Origin: a virus | Lineage: Duplodnaviria; Heunggongvirae; Uroviricota; Caudoviricetes | Direction: 5' to 3' (one strand) | DNA length: 41,901 nt | Virus record (IMG/VR): IMGVR_UViG_2541047898_000007 | Part shown: piece by piece, positions 1 to 8,885 of the stretch | How positions within the stretch are numbered: position 1 is the stretch's first letter | Layout: every line of letters starts with the position of its first letter | Position numbers and translations under genes: made by a program | The notes under the pieces: model-generated | The model's input: only the letters and a program-made list of their open reading frames with translations | Databases searched by the model: none | Told to the model about the DNA's origin: nothing

Positions 1-1194
1 ATGATCACCGACACAAAGCTCAGGAAGGCGCTCGGCAAGAAAAGAGATGATATCGAGATTATTTCTGATTCGCACGGGCTCAACGCCAGAATCAGCCAGG
101 CCGGAAAAATATCATTTTTCTATCGGTATCGCTGGGCCGGTAAAGCGGTAAAACTCAATGTTGGTGATTATCCTGCAATGAGTATCACCCAGGCAAGAGA
201 GCGTCGCCAACAATTCAGAAACTGGTTAACTGAGGGACTGGATCCGCGAGAGCAGGTGAAGCTGGATAAGCAGACCCGACAGGAAGCGATGTCCGTTGCC
301 GAAGCGTTCAATTACTGGATTGAAAGGCACTGTATCGCTAACGGGCTAGTTAAAGTCGATTACTATCGCCAGGTGTTTGAGAAACATATCGCCGAACCGA
401 TGAAGAATGTCAAAGTCGATAACACAGCGAAAATGCACTGGATCAACGTCTTCGATTCTATAGAAAGCAGGGTGATGGCTCATTACATGCTTTCGCTGTG
501 CAAACGGGCGTTTAGGTTCTGCGTTAACAGAAGTGTGATCGCCTCAAACCCACTCGAGGGATTACTGCCATCTGATGTCGGGCAAAAGCCTAAAAAGAGA
601 ACTCGCAGGATGGACGATGACGATCTGCGCAAAATCTATCAGTGGTTGAAAAGCCATATGTCGATAGAGTCCGTTTTCCTGGTGAAATTTATTATGCTTA
701 CCGGATGCCGTACGGCTGAGATTCGACTTAGTGAGAGATCATGGTTTCGATTGGATGATAATGAGTGGGTCGTGCCTGCGGGCAGTTATAAAACTCGGGT
801 ACATATTAGAAGGGGACTCTCAGACGCCGCCGTTAACCTGGTCAGAAATCACCTCAAGAAAATAAACACCAATCACCTGGTGACTTCACAACGTAAAATT
901 GATGGCGGGATCAAAGATTCGCCCGTTCATTCACCTGTGGCATCCAATTACGCCCGTTCTATTTGGAATGGAACAGGTATGGCAGAGTGGTCGCTTCATG
1001 ATATGAGGCGGACGATAGCCACAAATCTCTCTGAGTTAGGTTGCCCGCCGCACGTAATTGAAAAGCTGCTCGGGCATCAGATGGTGGGGGTTATGGCGCA
1101 TTACAACCTTCATGACTATATCGATGATCAGAAACACTGGCTCCGCGTTTGGCAGAGCCATCTTGAAGAGATCATCGGAGAGCCCTTCAGTTAA
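1..1194 (+). CDS. int: Phage tyrosine integrase (site-specific recombinase); starts at base 1 so the 5' end may coincide with the window edge
   Basis: 397 aa ORF; C-terminal catalytic region with HDMRRT...LLGH...HY signature typical of tyrosine recombinases; N-terminal arm-binding-like region; position at prophage edge. Confidence 0.85.
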
Positions 1195-1433
1195 TTTATC
1201 TTCTTTTTATCCTCCCACTCTTTGATTGACTCAGAGCGCCAGCGGTTAGGGTTGCCGGGCCAGTCAGGGGGTGGGAACGGGCATACGAAGCCCCGAGGCA
1301 TTGTGTCTGCACTTTGCCATGACCAAAGGGTTTTGCGTGAAATTTTGTAGCGACTGGTCAGGTCTGACGTTACCAAAATATCATCCATAGCTCTCTCCAG
1401 TTGCCCGTTCGGGCCATTCAAAATCTTTTTCAA
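1191..1433 (-). CDS. AlpA-like excisionase / small DNA-binding regulator
   Basis: 80 aa; motif ISRKTLWSW followed by Pro-rich PFPPP...RW resembles AlpA/Xis-type helix-turn-helix proteins; 4 bp overlap with int stop, convergent. Confidence 0.55.
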
Positions 1434-1672
1434 CCAACCTGCCCGGGCAGGGAGCGGAGACGGCGCATGCCGGTCATCGCTGTGGCCACGTAGCTCGCCT
1501 TTCGGTTCACCACCTCCACCCAGACTTTCACGCCTTCAACCTTCACCGTATAAGTCTCTTTCATCTTGCTTCGCCCATAGTCGCCATATGTTTGCAAGTG
1601 AGCTGCCAGCGCGATGTCGCATGCTTGGCGAGCTAAAGGTGATTGCTTACTTCCTCGATTGATCAGTCGCAT
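1430..1672 (-). CDS. Hypothetical small protein
   Basis: 80 aa ORF translationally coupled (4 bp overlap) to the xis-like gene; no recognisable motif. Confidence 0.35.
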   Translation of the reverse strand: MRLINRGSKQSPLARQACDIALAAHLQTYGDYGRSKMKETYTVKVEGVKVWVEVVNRKASYVATAMTGMRRLRSLPGQVG

Positions 1673-1710
1673 ATAATCTCCTTGAGGGAGGGTTACCCCT
1701 CCCGGTCTCG

Positions 1711-2829
1711 TCAGGCCACGTATTCCGGTTTCATATCCGCCAGGGTGATGCTGAATTGATCGTGCAGTTCATCGCCTAAGTGACGCTTTGAAGATGCAAG
1801 CATGCGCTCGGCTTCAGCGAACCGTTCGGCTGCATGCGGCTCGTCGGGCTGGGGCAGGGATTTAATAGCCTCCTCAACCTTGTTGCGTGCATCCACTAGG
1901 TAATAACGCTTTACGGCTTTGTTTTTCAGCTCGGTGAATAGTGCGGATCCCAGCGTAGCTTTCGCCGTTTCAATGTCGGCACGCAGCGATTTGGCGCTAT
2001 CCACGTCCTGAGCAGATTCGATGCGTTCGCGGAAATCATCGGCAAGAGAGTCGACATTTACCGACGATTCCTGTGCGCTTTGCGTGGTTGTGACGGTGTC
2101 ACCTGAGATATCAGCCAGGCTAACGCGTTGCGGCGTTGGGTTGATCTCTTTTTCTGTGCGCTGTTCAATCTCATCAGGGGTGTACACACCAAGAACAACT
2201 GCAGGGCAATATAGGCGCGCCCAGTATTTGAGTGCCAGATAAGCGATCTGCTGTTTCGGGTTTGATACCCAAAGTGGAGAATTACGTGTGATTACGCTGG
2301 AGAGGAAAACAGGCTCTCCCCAGGTGATATCACTTTCACCGCGAATAACGGCACCTACCCGTACCGACAGTCCTTGTTCATCAGCACTTTCCCAACCGCG
2401 TACCATTTCTTTCTTGTCGTACGTCCCGCCACCTTTCGCAGGCTTTTTAACGGTTATCTCGCGGCTGCTGGCACATTTCGACCAGTCGCCCTCGTACTCA
2501 TAGTGAAAGCGGCCAACGATGGCGTTTGAGCTGGAGATCACCGCATTAACCAGTTGCGCTTCGTATCCCAGGACACCGTTAACCAGGTGCGTCTTTTGCG
2601 CCACGGCGTAAGGGTTCATACCCCACTGCATCGCCTGCATGATGATGGCCATGCAGTCTGCCGGATTGCCGCGGAGGTGCTCAGGCACCGTTACGGCTGC
2701 CTGTGCCATCAACCCGGCGACAGACTGAAGCTGGGTTAAAGCCTGCACGTTGAAAATGGCATTGCTGGCTGAGATCGTGTTTGGAGTCTGCTGTTCAGCG
2801 GTTACGATATTCGTGTTTTCCATCATCAT
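1711..2829 (-). CDS. Single-strand annealing protein, Bet/Red-beta (RecT superfamily), with extended acidic C-terminal region
   Basis: 372 aa; segment CMAIIMQAMQWGMNPY...NGVLGYEAQ resembles the lambda Bet core (FIALLIVANQYGLNPW); lies immediately downstream of a large exonuclease gene as in recET/red operons. Confidence 0.6.
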   Translation of the reverse strand: MMMENTNIVTAEQQTPNTISASNAIFNVQALTQLQSVAGLMAQAAVTVPEHLRGNPADCMAIIMQAMQWGMNPYAVAQKTHLVNGVLGYEAQLVNAVISSSNAIVGRFHYEYEGDWSKCASSREITVKKPAKGGGTYDKKEMVRGWESADEQGLSVRVGAVIRGESDITWGEPVFLSSVITRNSPLWVSNPKQQIAYLALKYWARLYCPAVVLGVYTPDEIEQRTEKEINPTPQRVSLADISGDTVTTTQSAQESSVNVDSLADDFRERIESAQDVDSAKSLRADIETAKATLGSALFTELKNKAVKRYYLVDARNKVEEAIKSLPQPDEPHAAERFAEAERMLASSKRHLGDELHDQFSITLADMKPEYVA

Positions 2830-2834
2830 TCCCC

Positions 2835-5800
2835 TTATGCCTGAGTACGCAGCGCTTCAAGGCGGCGCAGGTCGAAGTCGTTCAGTTCGTCGGTGTAGTC
2901 AGCAGTGATTGGCGCTGGCCATTCACCTGTGTCGAATCCGGTTGCGATATTGCGCATCGCTTTGCGGTACTCGAGCATACCCAGCTCCAGTAGTTCAGCG
3001 GATGCCTCGATGATGGCGATCCAGTGGTAGTTCTCGTCTTTGTTGACGAAAATCCAGAAGAACTGATCCAGCGCTGCGGTTTCGCAGTACATAGCCGCGC
3101 TCAGGTGATAATCACGTTCAATAATTTCCCGGTGTAGCCTGGCGCGCAGGCTTTCCTGCTTAACATTCCACATGCTGATGGTTTTCAGGTCTGCACCTAT
3201 ACGCACGCCATCCAGGTCGATCTCAAGGTCAGGGCGCACACGAACTTCCAAGCCCGTCTCCTCGTCAAAACCAAAGTAGCTCACCTCAACGGCTCGGCTA
3301 GGGTGGGTCAGCAGCATGCCGGCGGTCGGGTGTGCCAGAAGCGCTTTTTGAATATTCAGCGCGGTGCTCAGCTGCTGGCGGGTGACCAGCACTTTTCCTT
3401 CCGGGTTATCGCGCCAGGCATCCAGCAGTTCGTCGGCAAATACGGCATCTGGTTTGACTGCCTTCACGGCCTGGATCATGTCTGCTTTGGTACCGGACAC
3501 TTTCAGTGGTGCCGGTTTCTGTGCTTCCTGAGCCACAAGGTCAGGGTTGATGATTGCCAACTGCTCCAGCAGCGCGTCACGGCTGCCGCTGGTTTTAACC
3601 GGCGGCGGCAGGGTGGCGTTGTACTCTTTAATGCATGCCTTCATTGCCGTCGCCGTCTGCTTCTGGTCACCATCAATACGCTGGAAGTCAGCTGGCAGCG
3701 CCATATAGTTCTGTGCCGTTTCTTCCAGGTTAGCGCCAAGCGGAACCTGCGGCGGCAGGGTGGCGTTGTACTCTTCCAGTAACACCTTGATGTCGTCGGC
3801 AGACAGCAGCGCCGGCAGGCTGGCATTGTGCTCATCGATAAAGGCGCGCAGGGTCGCGGCCGTTGTGAATGCGCCTTCAGGGATCACCGGTTCAACGCTG
3901 AATTCTGCGTCCAGTAGTTCAGGCTGCAACGCCAGCGCATGCACCAAGTTGCCCATGTCCAGCACCGCTGAGCGCTCTTTGACGATGGTTTTCTCTACGT
4001 GGCGCGCATTGAAGTACATCAGCGAAACGCGCGCATCTTTCACCTGGGTTGAGCTGATGCCGTTGGCGGCGTGGTAAACCTCGTTTGGCAGCCCTTCATA
4101 GCGGCCTGGCTCGAAATAAGCGGGATAAACAACAGCTGGTTCGTCAGATTGCGCTTCTGGCTCGGTTTGTGCTGCAACTGGTTCGGTTTGGCTTACAGAA
4201 TCGCTATTTTTGGCGACAGAATCCGTATTCTGGTCTACATCGTCCTTCTGGCTGGTATCTGACTCTTCACCAGACTCCAGACTGCTTTCGCCTGGCTGTA
4301 CTTCATCACCAGCTTGTTTTTCATCACTGACAGTTTCTTGAACCTGCACATTGCTGGTGGTCTCCGTAGCCTTTTTCGTGCCATGAGTTGCTGAGTTCTG
4401 CAGCAAAGCCGTAACGTCGAATATTCCGTTGCCGACATTTTTAACCAGTTCTTGTTCGACTTTCTGCGGTTGTGCTGCCGCTTCCTCTGCGCGGCGGCGT
4501 GCTCCTTCTTCACGCACGCGTTGCAGGTTCTCTTCGTGAGTGCAGAAGGATTTGCGCGGAGACTCCTTACCTTCAGGTTGGGGAATTTCCTGTGCTGCGG
4601 GTTCAGCCTCATGCAACGGCAATAACTCGACCGCGGAATTGAACGCGGCTGTCATGGTCTGGTTAACAAATTCCAGGTGAGCGACAGGAGTTAAATGAAT
4701 ATTTTCCGGTGCGATACGTACCAGGTTAAAAATAGCCGTGCGGTTAACACCCAGAACGCCTGGCTGATTGCGCAGGATGTTGCTCCATGATTTCCATGGT
4801 TCTTCTTTTTTGGTCACGATTTCTTTAGCGCGACGAAGAATGCTGCCCGGGATCTCGAAGTGGTTGAAGTCCATAGGCAGAAGGGCACACGCAATCTCTA
4901 AATCGAGAGTGTCCAGTGTGTGGTGTGCGTCAGGTCCACGGTCAGTGACGTAACCGCCGTCGGCATTAGTGCCGGAATCAGTACGCTGCACACTACTGAT
5001 GCGATTACCGGCGGCCCATTCGCGAACGAGGATACCGCGGTCGATGTGATCTGTAGCGAACCACAATTTCAAAAACTGGATTAAGGTTGCGAGTTCAGGG
5101 ATTTTTCCATCGACAGGGAAGACTTTCTTAACGGCATTCACGACTTTATGAATATCGTGCTCAATGGCTTTTTTGAATGCTTCCACATTCTCAGCTGCCA
5201 GCAGCAGGTTCTGGACGTACGCGTCATCGGTGTCCATCTCAAGGCGGACAATCTCATTTTTCTGCCCTGCGTCGATGTGATAGAGATATTCACCATCACC
5301 GATGAACTGAGCCAGTACGCGCTGGCGGAATGGCAGGGTGGCAACAACGATCAGGTTCGGTTGCTGTGTCTGCTGGGATTGCTCTTCGGTATCGACTTCA
5401 CCATCAACGACGCCACCTTCTGCCCGGCCGTTCTCGTCGGTCTGGATACCGTCCTCAACAGTGAGATCTTGACCCGTTGTAACGTCAGCAGCGTTGCTGG
5501 TTTCAGTTTTGAGCAACTGCAACTTACCACTGCGCCAGTCTTCTACCAGTTGATTGCGGTCACCGGCATCGGTGTTCACCCAGTCAGACATGAATGCAGC
5601 GATCAATCTTGGCTCGTGCTCTTCGTCTGGTGTGAAAATGTCCTTAACCGCCCGAATCATTTTCCACTCAGCATTCAGGCTGAGTTTGGCGGTCGCGGGC
5701 ACATCGTTCCTTGCCACAAGCAGGCTATGGAGATATGTATTGCCTTCATCCAGTGACATTTCGCTGGCAGCCAACTGCTGCTCTTTAGTGACGTGGGTTT

Positions 5801-6224
5801 GGTATTTATCGTTCATCAGATGGACGGCAAAGCGGACCGCTGGAGTACGGTTTTCAACCGGGACAATTTCGGACGCAGTCGCATCTTCAACGATTACGGT
5901 CGGAGTAGGTGTGTAGGGGGCGTCAACGGAACCAGTAGACACACCAGCGGCTTTTGGCAGCCAGGTGCGCCCATCGTCCTGAAGCTCGTAGCGATCACAC
6001 CAGGTAAAATCAACTTCACCTTCTTTCGGCAGGCCGTCGACAACTGGGAAATCAGTGCGAATCGGTTTGGCGTAGTCCTTACCCCGACCTGTTTCGATAC
6101 CTGCATCTTCCAGCGCAACATCCAGCATCAGATTGGCGCGAGCCTCGGTTTTAGCAGTGAACCAGACCACTGCATCTTGCTTTCCGGATTTCTGAGTGGC
6201 TTTAACCACATTAAAGAATTCCAT
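2835..6224 (-). CDS. Large RecE-like exonuclease (exonuclease VIII-like) with long acidic low-complexity N-terminal and central region
   Basis: 1129 aa ORF directly upstream of, and co-oriented with, the Bet/RecT-like gene; call rests on synteny and size, catalytic motif not verified by eye. Confidence 0.5.
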   Translation of the reverse strand: MEFFNVVKATQKSGKQDAVVWFTAKTEARANLMLDVALEDAGIETGRGKDYAKPIRTDFPVVDGLPKEGEVDFTWCDRYELQDDGRTWLPKAAGVSTGSVDAPYTPTPTVIVEDATASEIVPVENRTPAVRFAVHLMNDKYQTHVTKEQQLAASEMSLDEGNTYLHSLLVARNDVPATAKLSLNAEWKMIRAVKDIFTPDEEHEPRLIAAFMSDWVNTDAGDRNQLVEDWRSGKLQLLKTETSNAADVTTGQDLTVEDGIQTDENGRAEGGVVDGEVDTEEQSQQTQQPNLIVVATLPFRQRVLAQFIGDGEYLYHIDAGQKNEIVRLEMDTDDAYVQNLLLAAENVEAFKKAIEHDIHKVVNAVKKVFPVDGKIPELATLIQFLKLWFATDHIDRGILVREWAAGNRISSVQRTDSGTNADGGYVTDRGPDAHHTLDTLDLEIACALLPMDFNHFEIPGSILRRAKEIVTKKEEPWKSWSNILRNQPGVLGVNRTAIFNLVRIAPENIHLTPVAHLEFVNQTMTAAFNSAVELLPLHEAEPAAQEIPQPEGKESPRKSFCTHEENLQRVREEGARRRAEEAAAQPQKVEQELVKNVGNGIFDVTALLQNSATHGTKKATETTSNVQVQETVSDEKQAGDEVQPGESSLESGEESDTSQKDDVDQNTDSVAKNSDSVSQTEPVAAQTEPEAQSDEPAVVYPAYFEPGRYEGLPNEVYHAANGISSTQVKDARVSLMYFNARHVEKTIVKERSAVLDMGNLVHALALQPELLDAEFSVEPVIPEGAFTTAATLRAFIDEHNASLPALLSADDIKVLLEEYNATLPPQVPLGANLEETAQNYMALPADFQRIDGDQKQTATAMKACIKEYNATLPPPVKTSGSRDALLEQLAIINPDLVAQEAQKPAPLKVSGTKADMIQAVKAVKPDAVFADELLDAWRDNPEGKVLVTRQQLSTALNIQKALLAHPTAGMLLTHPSRAVEVSYFGFDEETGLEVRVRPDLEIDLDGVRIGADLKTISMWNVKQESLRARLHREIIERDYHLSAAMYCETAALDQFFWIFVNKDENYHWIAIIEASAELLELGMLEYRKAMRNIATGFDTGEWPAPITADYTDELNDFDLRRLEALRTQA
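3603..3840. repeat. Intragenic direct repeats in the RecE-like gene (two perfect 26 bp copies at 3603-3628 and 3750-3775, a third degenerate copy near 3810-3840)
   Basis: cggcggcagggtggcgttgtactctt occurs twice 147 bp apart; corresponds to repeated peptide unit containing EYNATLPP. Confidence 0.7.
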
Positions 6225-6363
6225 GTGAGATCCTCATTTTTGGGTGTTAGAATCCCCGGACCATTGATAGCGCCCATTGGGTTAACTTTGGTTTTAATGT
6301 TGTTTCCGGTGTAACTTTGGTCGGTACCACCGGACGTAGATCCCGCCTTGCGCGGGGTTTTCG

Positions 6364-6525
6364 TTATGCTTCGTGGGCCATCTGGTCGAACGAAGCGCAA
6401 CGTACTGAACAGTAATCACGTTGCTCGCGTTTCAACTGCGTGCCGTGGATAAAGAGCAGTTCGTTTTTAACTTCCTTCCCTTGCTTGATCGGCTTGCGGC
6501 AGTACGCGCATTTTTTCTCCTGCAT
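6364..6525 (-). CDS. Small zinc-ribbon-like protein (53 aa), absent from the ORF track because it is under 60 aa
   Basis: Manual translation of the reverse strand gives MQEKKCAYCRKPIKQGKEVKNELLFIHGTQLKREQRDYCSVRCASFDQMAHEA with CxxC...CxxxC spacing; sits in the leftward early operon. Confidence 0.4.
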   Translation of the reverse strand: MQEKKCAYCRKPIKQGKEVKNELLFIHGTQLKREQRDYCSVRCASFDQMAHEA

Positions 6526-6536
6526 AACTCACTCCG

Positions 6537-6845
6537 TTAATGGCTAAGGCCATGTCCTAAACCGTTTAGATAAACCTCAACCAGCAAATCTTTGGTGTAG
6601 GTACGTTCGATGCCACGGTGAAGATACAGGCGACCGCGTGCGTTAGCAGATGCGGTCCAGGTTGAGTCTTTGTGTTTTACAAGCATCCCCGGCTGAACTG
6701 CGCCGCGGTTTACTGTCTGTGTACCGTAGTGCTGATGAACCATGATGTACTCCAGTTTTTCTGAGTGAACTTCGCTGGTGTTGCTGCGGCGCTGATCTTC
6801 ACGGTTGAGCGCTTTAACTCTGCAATTCACCACCGCGAAGCTCAC
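6537..6845 (-). CDS. Hypothetical early leftward protein
   Basis: 102 aa ORF, first sizeable ORF downstream of the predicted PL; no recognisable motif. Confidence 0.3.
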   Translation of the reverse strand: MSFAVVNCRVKALNREDQRRSNTSEVHSEKLEYIMVHQHYGTQTVNRGAVQPGMLVKHKDSTWTASANARGRLYLHRGIERTYTKDLLVEVYLNGLGHGLSH

Positions 6846-7195
6846 TTCTGTGCTTTGCCCTTGTCGCCAAGCTGGCGGAACGTTTCAAACCTACTGCGCG
6901 TTTAAGTATTGTTTTGAATACCAAAACCGAGTCAAATCAGCTTTAGTATTGCCACTCTCAAGTGGTTATCTGTCTTTGAGTTTGTGGATGATGATCTGCA
7001 TCATCACAGTCCATACCAGATTGGTTATTGCAACCGCTATAGCTGCTGTAGAAACCAAAGTCGCTAACGAGTAGTTGTCTGCCATAAATCAATCCATCCT
7101 TTACATCCTGAGGACGTTTCACCCTTATCGCCTTATCGCCGGCCAGCGGAGTTTTGGGCCATCTGCGCATTTGTGTGCGTTGTTTGGATGAGGTG

Positions 7196-7237
7196 ATAAT
7201 AGCTAAAGCGATTATTTGAATCAATCGCCTAAACGAT
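7196..7237 (-). promoter_or_regulatory. Predicted leftward early promoter (PL-like) with overlapping operator dyads (OL)
   Basis: Minus strand reads TTGATT (plus 7219-7224), 17 nt spacer, TATTAT (plus 7196-7201); dyads ATAGCTAAAGCGAT (7199-7212) and ATCGCCTAAACGAT (7224-7237) match the ATCGC-N4-GCGAT operator pattern seen at OR. Confidence 0.45.
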
Positions 7238-7352
7238 AATATATTTAGATAAAGCGATAATTTTATGATTTATAAGATTATTTATTTGTTCGAGAAATGT
7301 GTGAGGAAATGACATTAGCGAAGTGATTGGGGGAAATTTAATCTGGTGAGGC

Positions 7353-7378
7353 AATAAAAAACCCGGCAAGCCGGGTTT
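7353..7378 (-). terminator. Rho-independent terminator immediately after the cI stop
   Basis: Plus strand aaaaaacccggcaagccgggttt; on the minus strand a GC hairpin (cccggc / gccggg) followed by a T-run. Confidence 0.6.
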
Positions 7379-8069
7379 ATGCGAAGCGCTTGTAGTCTAT
7401 TGATTGTCTCAGTAGCACTTTAGCCATTACGTAGAACTGATCTTCGTCTTCTGACTCAATATACCATTTCTCGTAGATAGGGTTGTCTGAGATAACAGCA
7501 AGCCGATCTCTTTGCATCTGAAGCCTTTTGACGTGCAGAGTTTTTCCGAACACAAATACGTAAACACCATCACCATCAAAATGAGTCACGCCAGTATCAA
7601 CAAAAATTTGATCTCCTGGTGAGATGGTTCCATCCATGCTGTCGCCGTTCACGGTAATAACTTTTACATTAGCTGCGGGGCGATTTCCGAAAAGTGCGCG
7701 AGCCTGTTCAGTTGTGTATTCGATTGCTCTTATGGTTTCGATAAAATCGCTGGTAACTAGCGAGCCAGGACCGGCGCTGGCCTTAACGTCAAGCACATCC
7801 ACGCGGTATATCTCATTCAAAACTGGTTTAATTTGGTATGGCGTGTTTACTTCGCGAATGCCAGATTCAAACATTTCACCTTGTCCTGTTGAAAGCCATT
7901 CAGGACGCACACCAAGAACAGATGCGATCTCTACTGTTTTTCGTGAGCCTTTCGCACCTTTAAGCAATTTATTTACGCTGGACTGAGCCATACCAACATC
8001 TTTCGCCAGCTTAGCCTGCGTATATCCAGCGACGTCCATTGCGTGCCCTAAGCGTTCTGAAAATCCCAT
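7377..8069 (-). CDS. cI: CI-like prophage repressor (N-terminal HTH, C-terminal S24 LexA-like autopeptidase domain)
   Basis: 230 aa; N-terminal QAKLAKDVGMAQSSVNKL HTH-like segment; C-terminal VNGDSM ... KRL segment with Ser/Lys dyad arrangement typical of S24 peptidases; divergent from a cro-like gene across an operator-rich region. Confidence 0.85.
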   Translation of the reverse strand: MGFSERLGHAMDVAGYTQAKLAKDVGMAQSSVNKLLKGAKGSRKTVEIASVLGVRPEWLSTGQGEMFESGIREVNTPYQIKPVLNEIYRVDVLDVKASAGPGSLVTSDFIETIRAIEYTTEQARALFGNRPAANVKVITVNGDSMDGTISPGDQIFVDTGVTHFDGDGVYVFVFGKTLHVKRLQMQRDRLAVISDNPIYEKWYIESEDEDQFYVMAKVLLRQSIDYKRFA

Positions 8070-8101
8070 AAAAGCCTCTGTTTAAGTCCCCTTTAAATGG
8101 T

Positions 8102-8170
8102 ATCGCTAAGGCGATTGCTTGGCAAAAAATCGCATAGGCGATTGACAATCGCTAAAGTGATATCCATAAT
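8102..8170 (+). promoter_or_regulatory. OR-like tripartite operator with rightward promoter (PR-like)
   Basis: Three 14 bp dyads ATCGCTAAGGCGAT (8102-8115), ATCGCATAGGCGAT (8129-8142), ATCGCTAAAGTGAT (8148-8161); TTGACA at 8142-8147, 17 nt spacer, CATAAT at 8165-8170, then cro-like ATG at 8198. Confidence 0.55.
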
Positions 8171-8197
8171 CGTTTTAAACTAATAGCTGAGGTGATT

Positions 8198-8431
8198 ATG
8201 AAGAACCCCGCAGTAGAAAAAGCGATTGCCCTTGTCGGTAGTCAGAAAGAGTTAGCTAAACGCTGTGGAAAGGCCCAATCAACGATTTGTGATTGGTTGA
8301 ATGGGAAGAAGCGTATTTCTCCTGTTCATGTCCCAGACCTTGTTAATGCCGTTAACGGAGAAATTCAGGCATACGAATTTCGACCTGATCTTCCATCCAT
8401 TTTTCCACATCCAAATAACCATGCCATTTAG
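8198..8431 (+). CDS. Cro-like / YdaS-type small HTH regulator
   Basis: 77 aa from the ATG at 8198 (track ORF begins at an upstream GTG 8192); motif GSQKELAKRCGKAQSTICDW is a helix-turn-helix; divergent to cI. Confidence 0.55.
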   Translation: MKNPAVEKAIALVGSQKELAKRCGKAQSTICDWLNGKKRISPVHVPDLVNAVNGEIQAYEFRPDLPSIFPHPNNHAI

Positions 8432-8472
8432 TCAAACCAGTGGCGTAACTCACTTTATGAGGATTATCACCC

Positions 8473-8793
8473 ATGGAGAACGCAATCGCACGAAAGTTAG
8501 ACCCGCCAATTATCAATCCGGTTGAGATCGAAAGTGTCCTGCTCAACCGGCTTGCATCAGTGGGTCAGAAGTCTTACGCCGAGTATATGGGCATAAGCGA
8601 GTCGACAGCCAGCAGGCGCAAAGCAGAGGGGCATTTTAGCACCATGGCGAAAGAGCTGGCCTTCTTGGGTATTCAGGCTGCGCCACCGGAAGCGGTGCTG
8701 GTGTCACGTGAATATCTGGCCTCAGTCGAAACGCTCGCTGATATCGGACTGAAAGCCGAAAGGGCAAGGCCAGGGCCGCTGGGGTGGGATTGA
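8473..8793 (+). CDS. CII-like transcriptional activator
   Basis: 106 aa; IESVLLNRLASVGQKSYAEYMGISESTASRRK resembles lambda CII (IESALLNKIAMLGTEKTAEAVGVDKSQISRWK); position after cro. Confidence 0.6.
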   Translation: MENAIARKLDPPIINPVEIESVLLNRLASVGQKSYAEYMGISESTASRRKAEGHFSTMAKELAFLGIQAAPPEAVLVSREYLASVETLADIGLKAERARPGPLGWD

Positions 8794-8885
8794 AGATGGC
8801 AGAAACCAGAAAAGGCGAAAGCCGCAGTGCACGAACACAAGCGGCTTTCTACGCGAATTAACTGAACAAATTCACAGGAGTAATT

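Noticed and set aside
5148-6314. Several + strand ORFs (202, 120 and 173 aa) inside the RecE-like gene
   Set aside because: Antisense to the long minus-strand ORF that has clear synteny with the annealing protein gene
6128-6400. 90 aa minus-strand ORF overlapping the RecE-like start and the zinc-ribbon ORF
   Set aside because: Overlaps two better-supported reading frames; Gly/Pro/Thr-rich low-complexity translation
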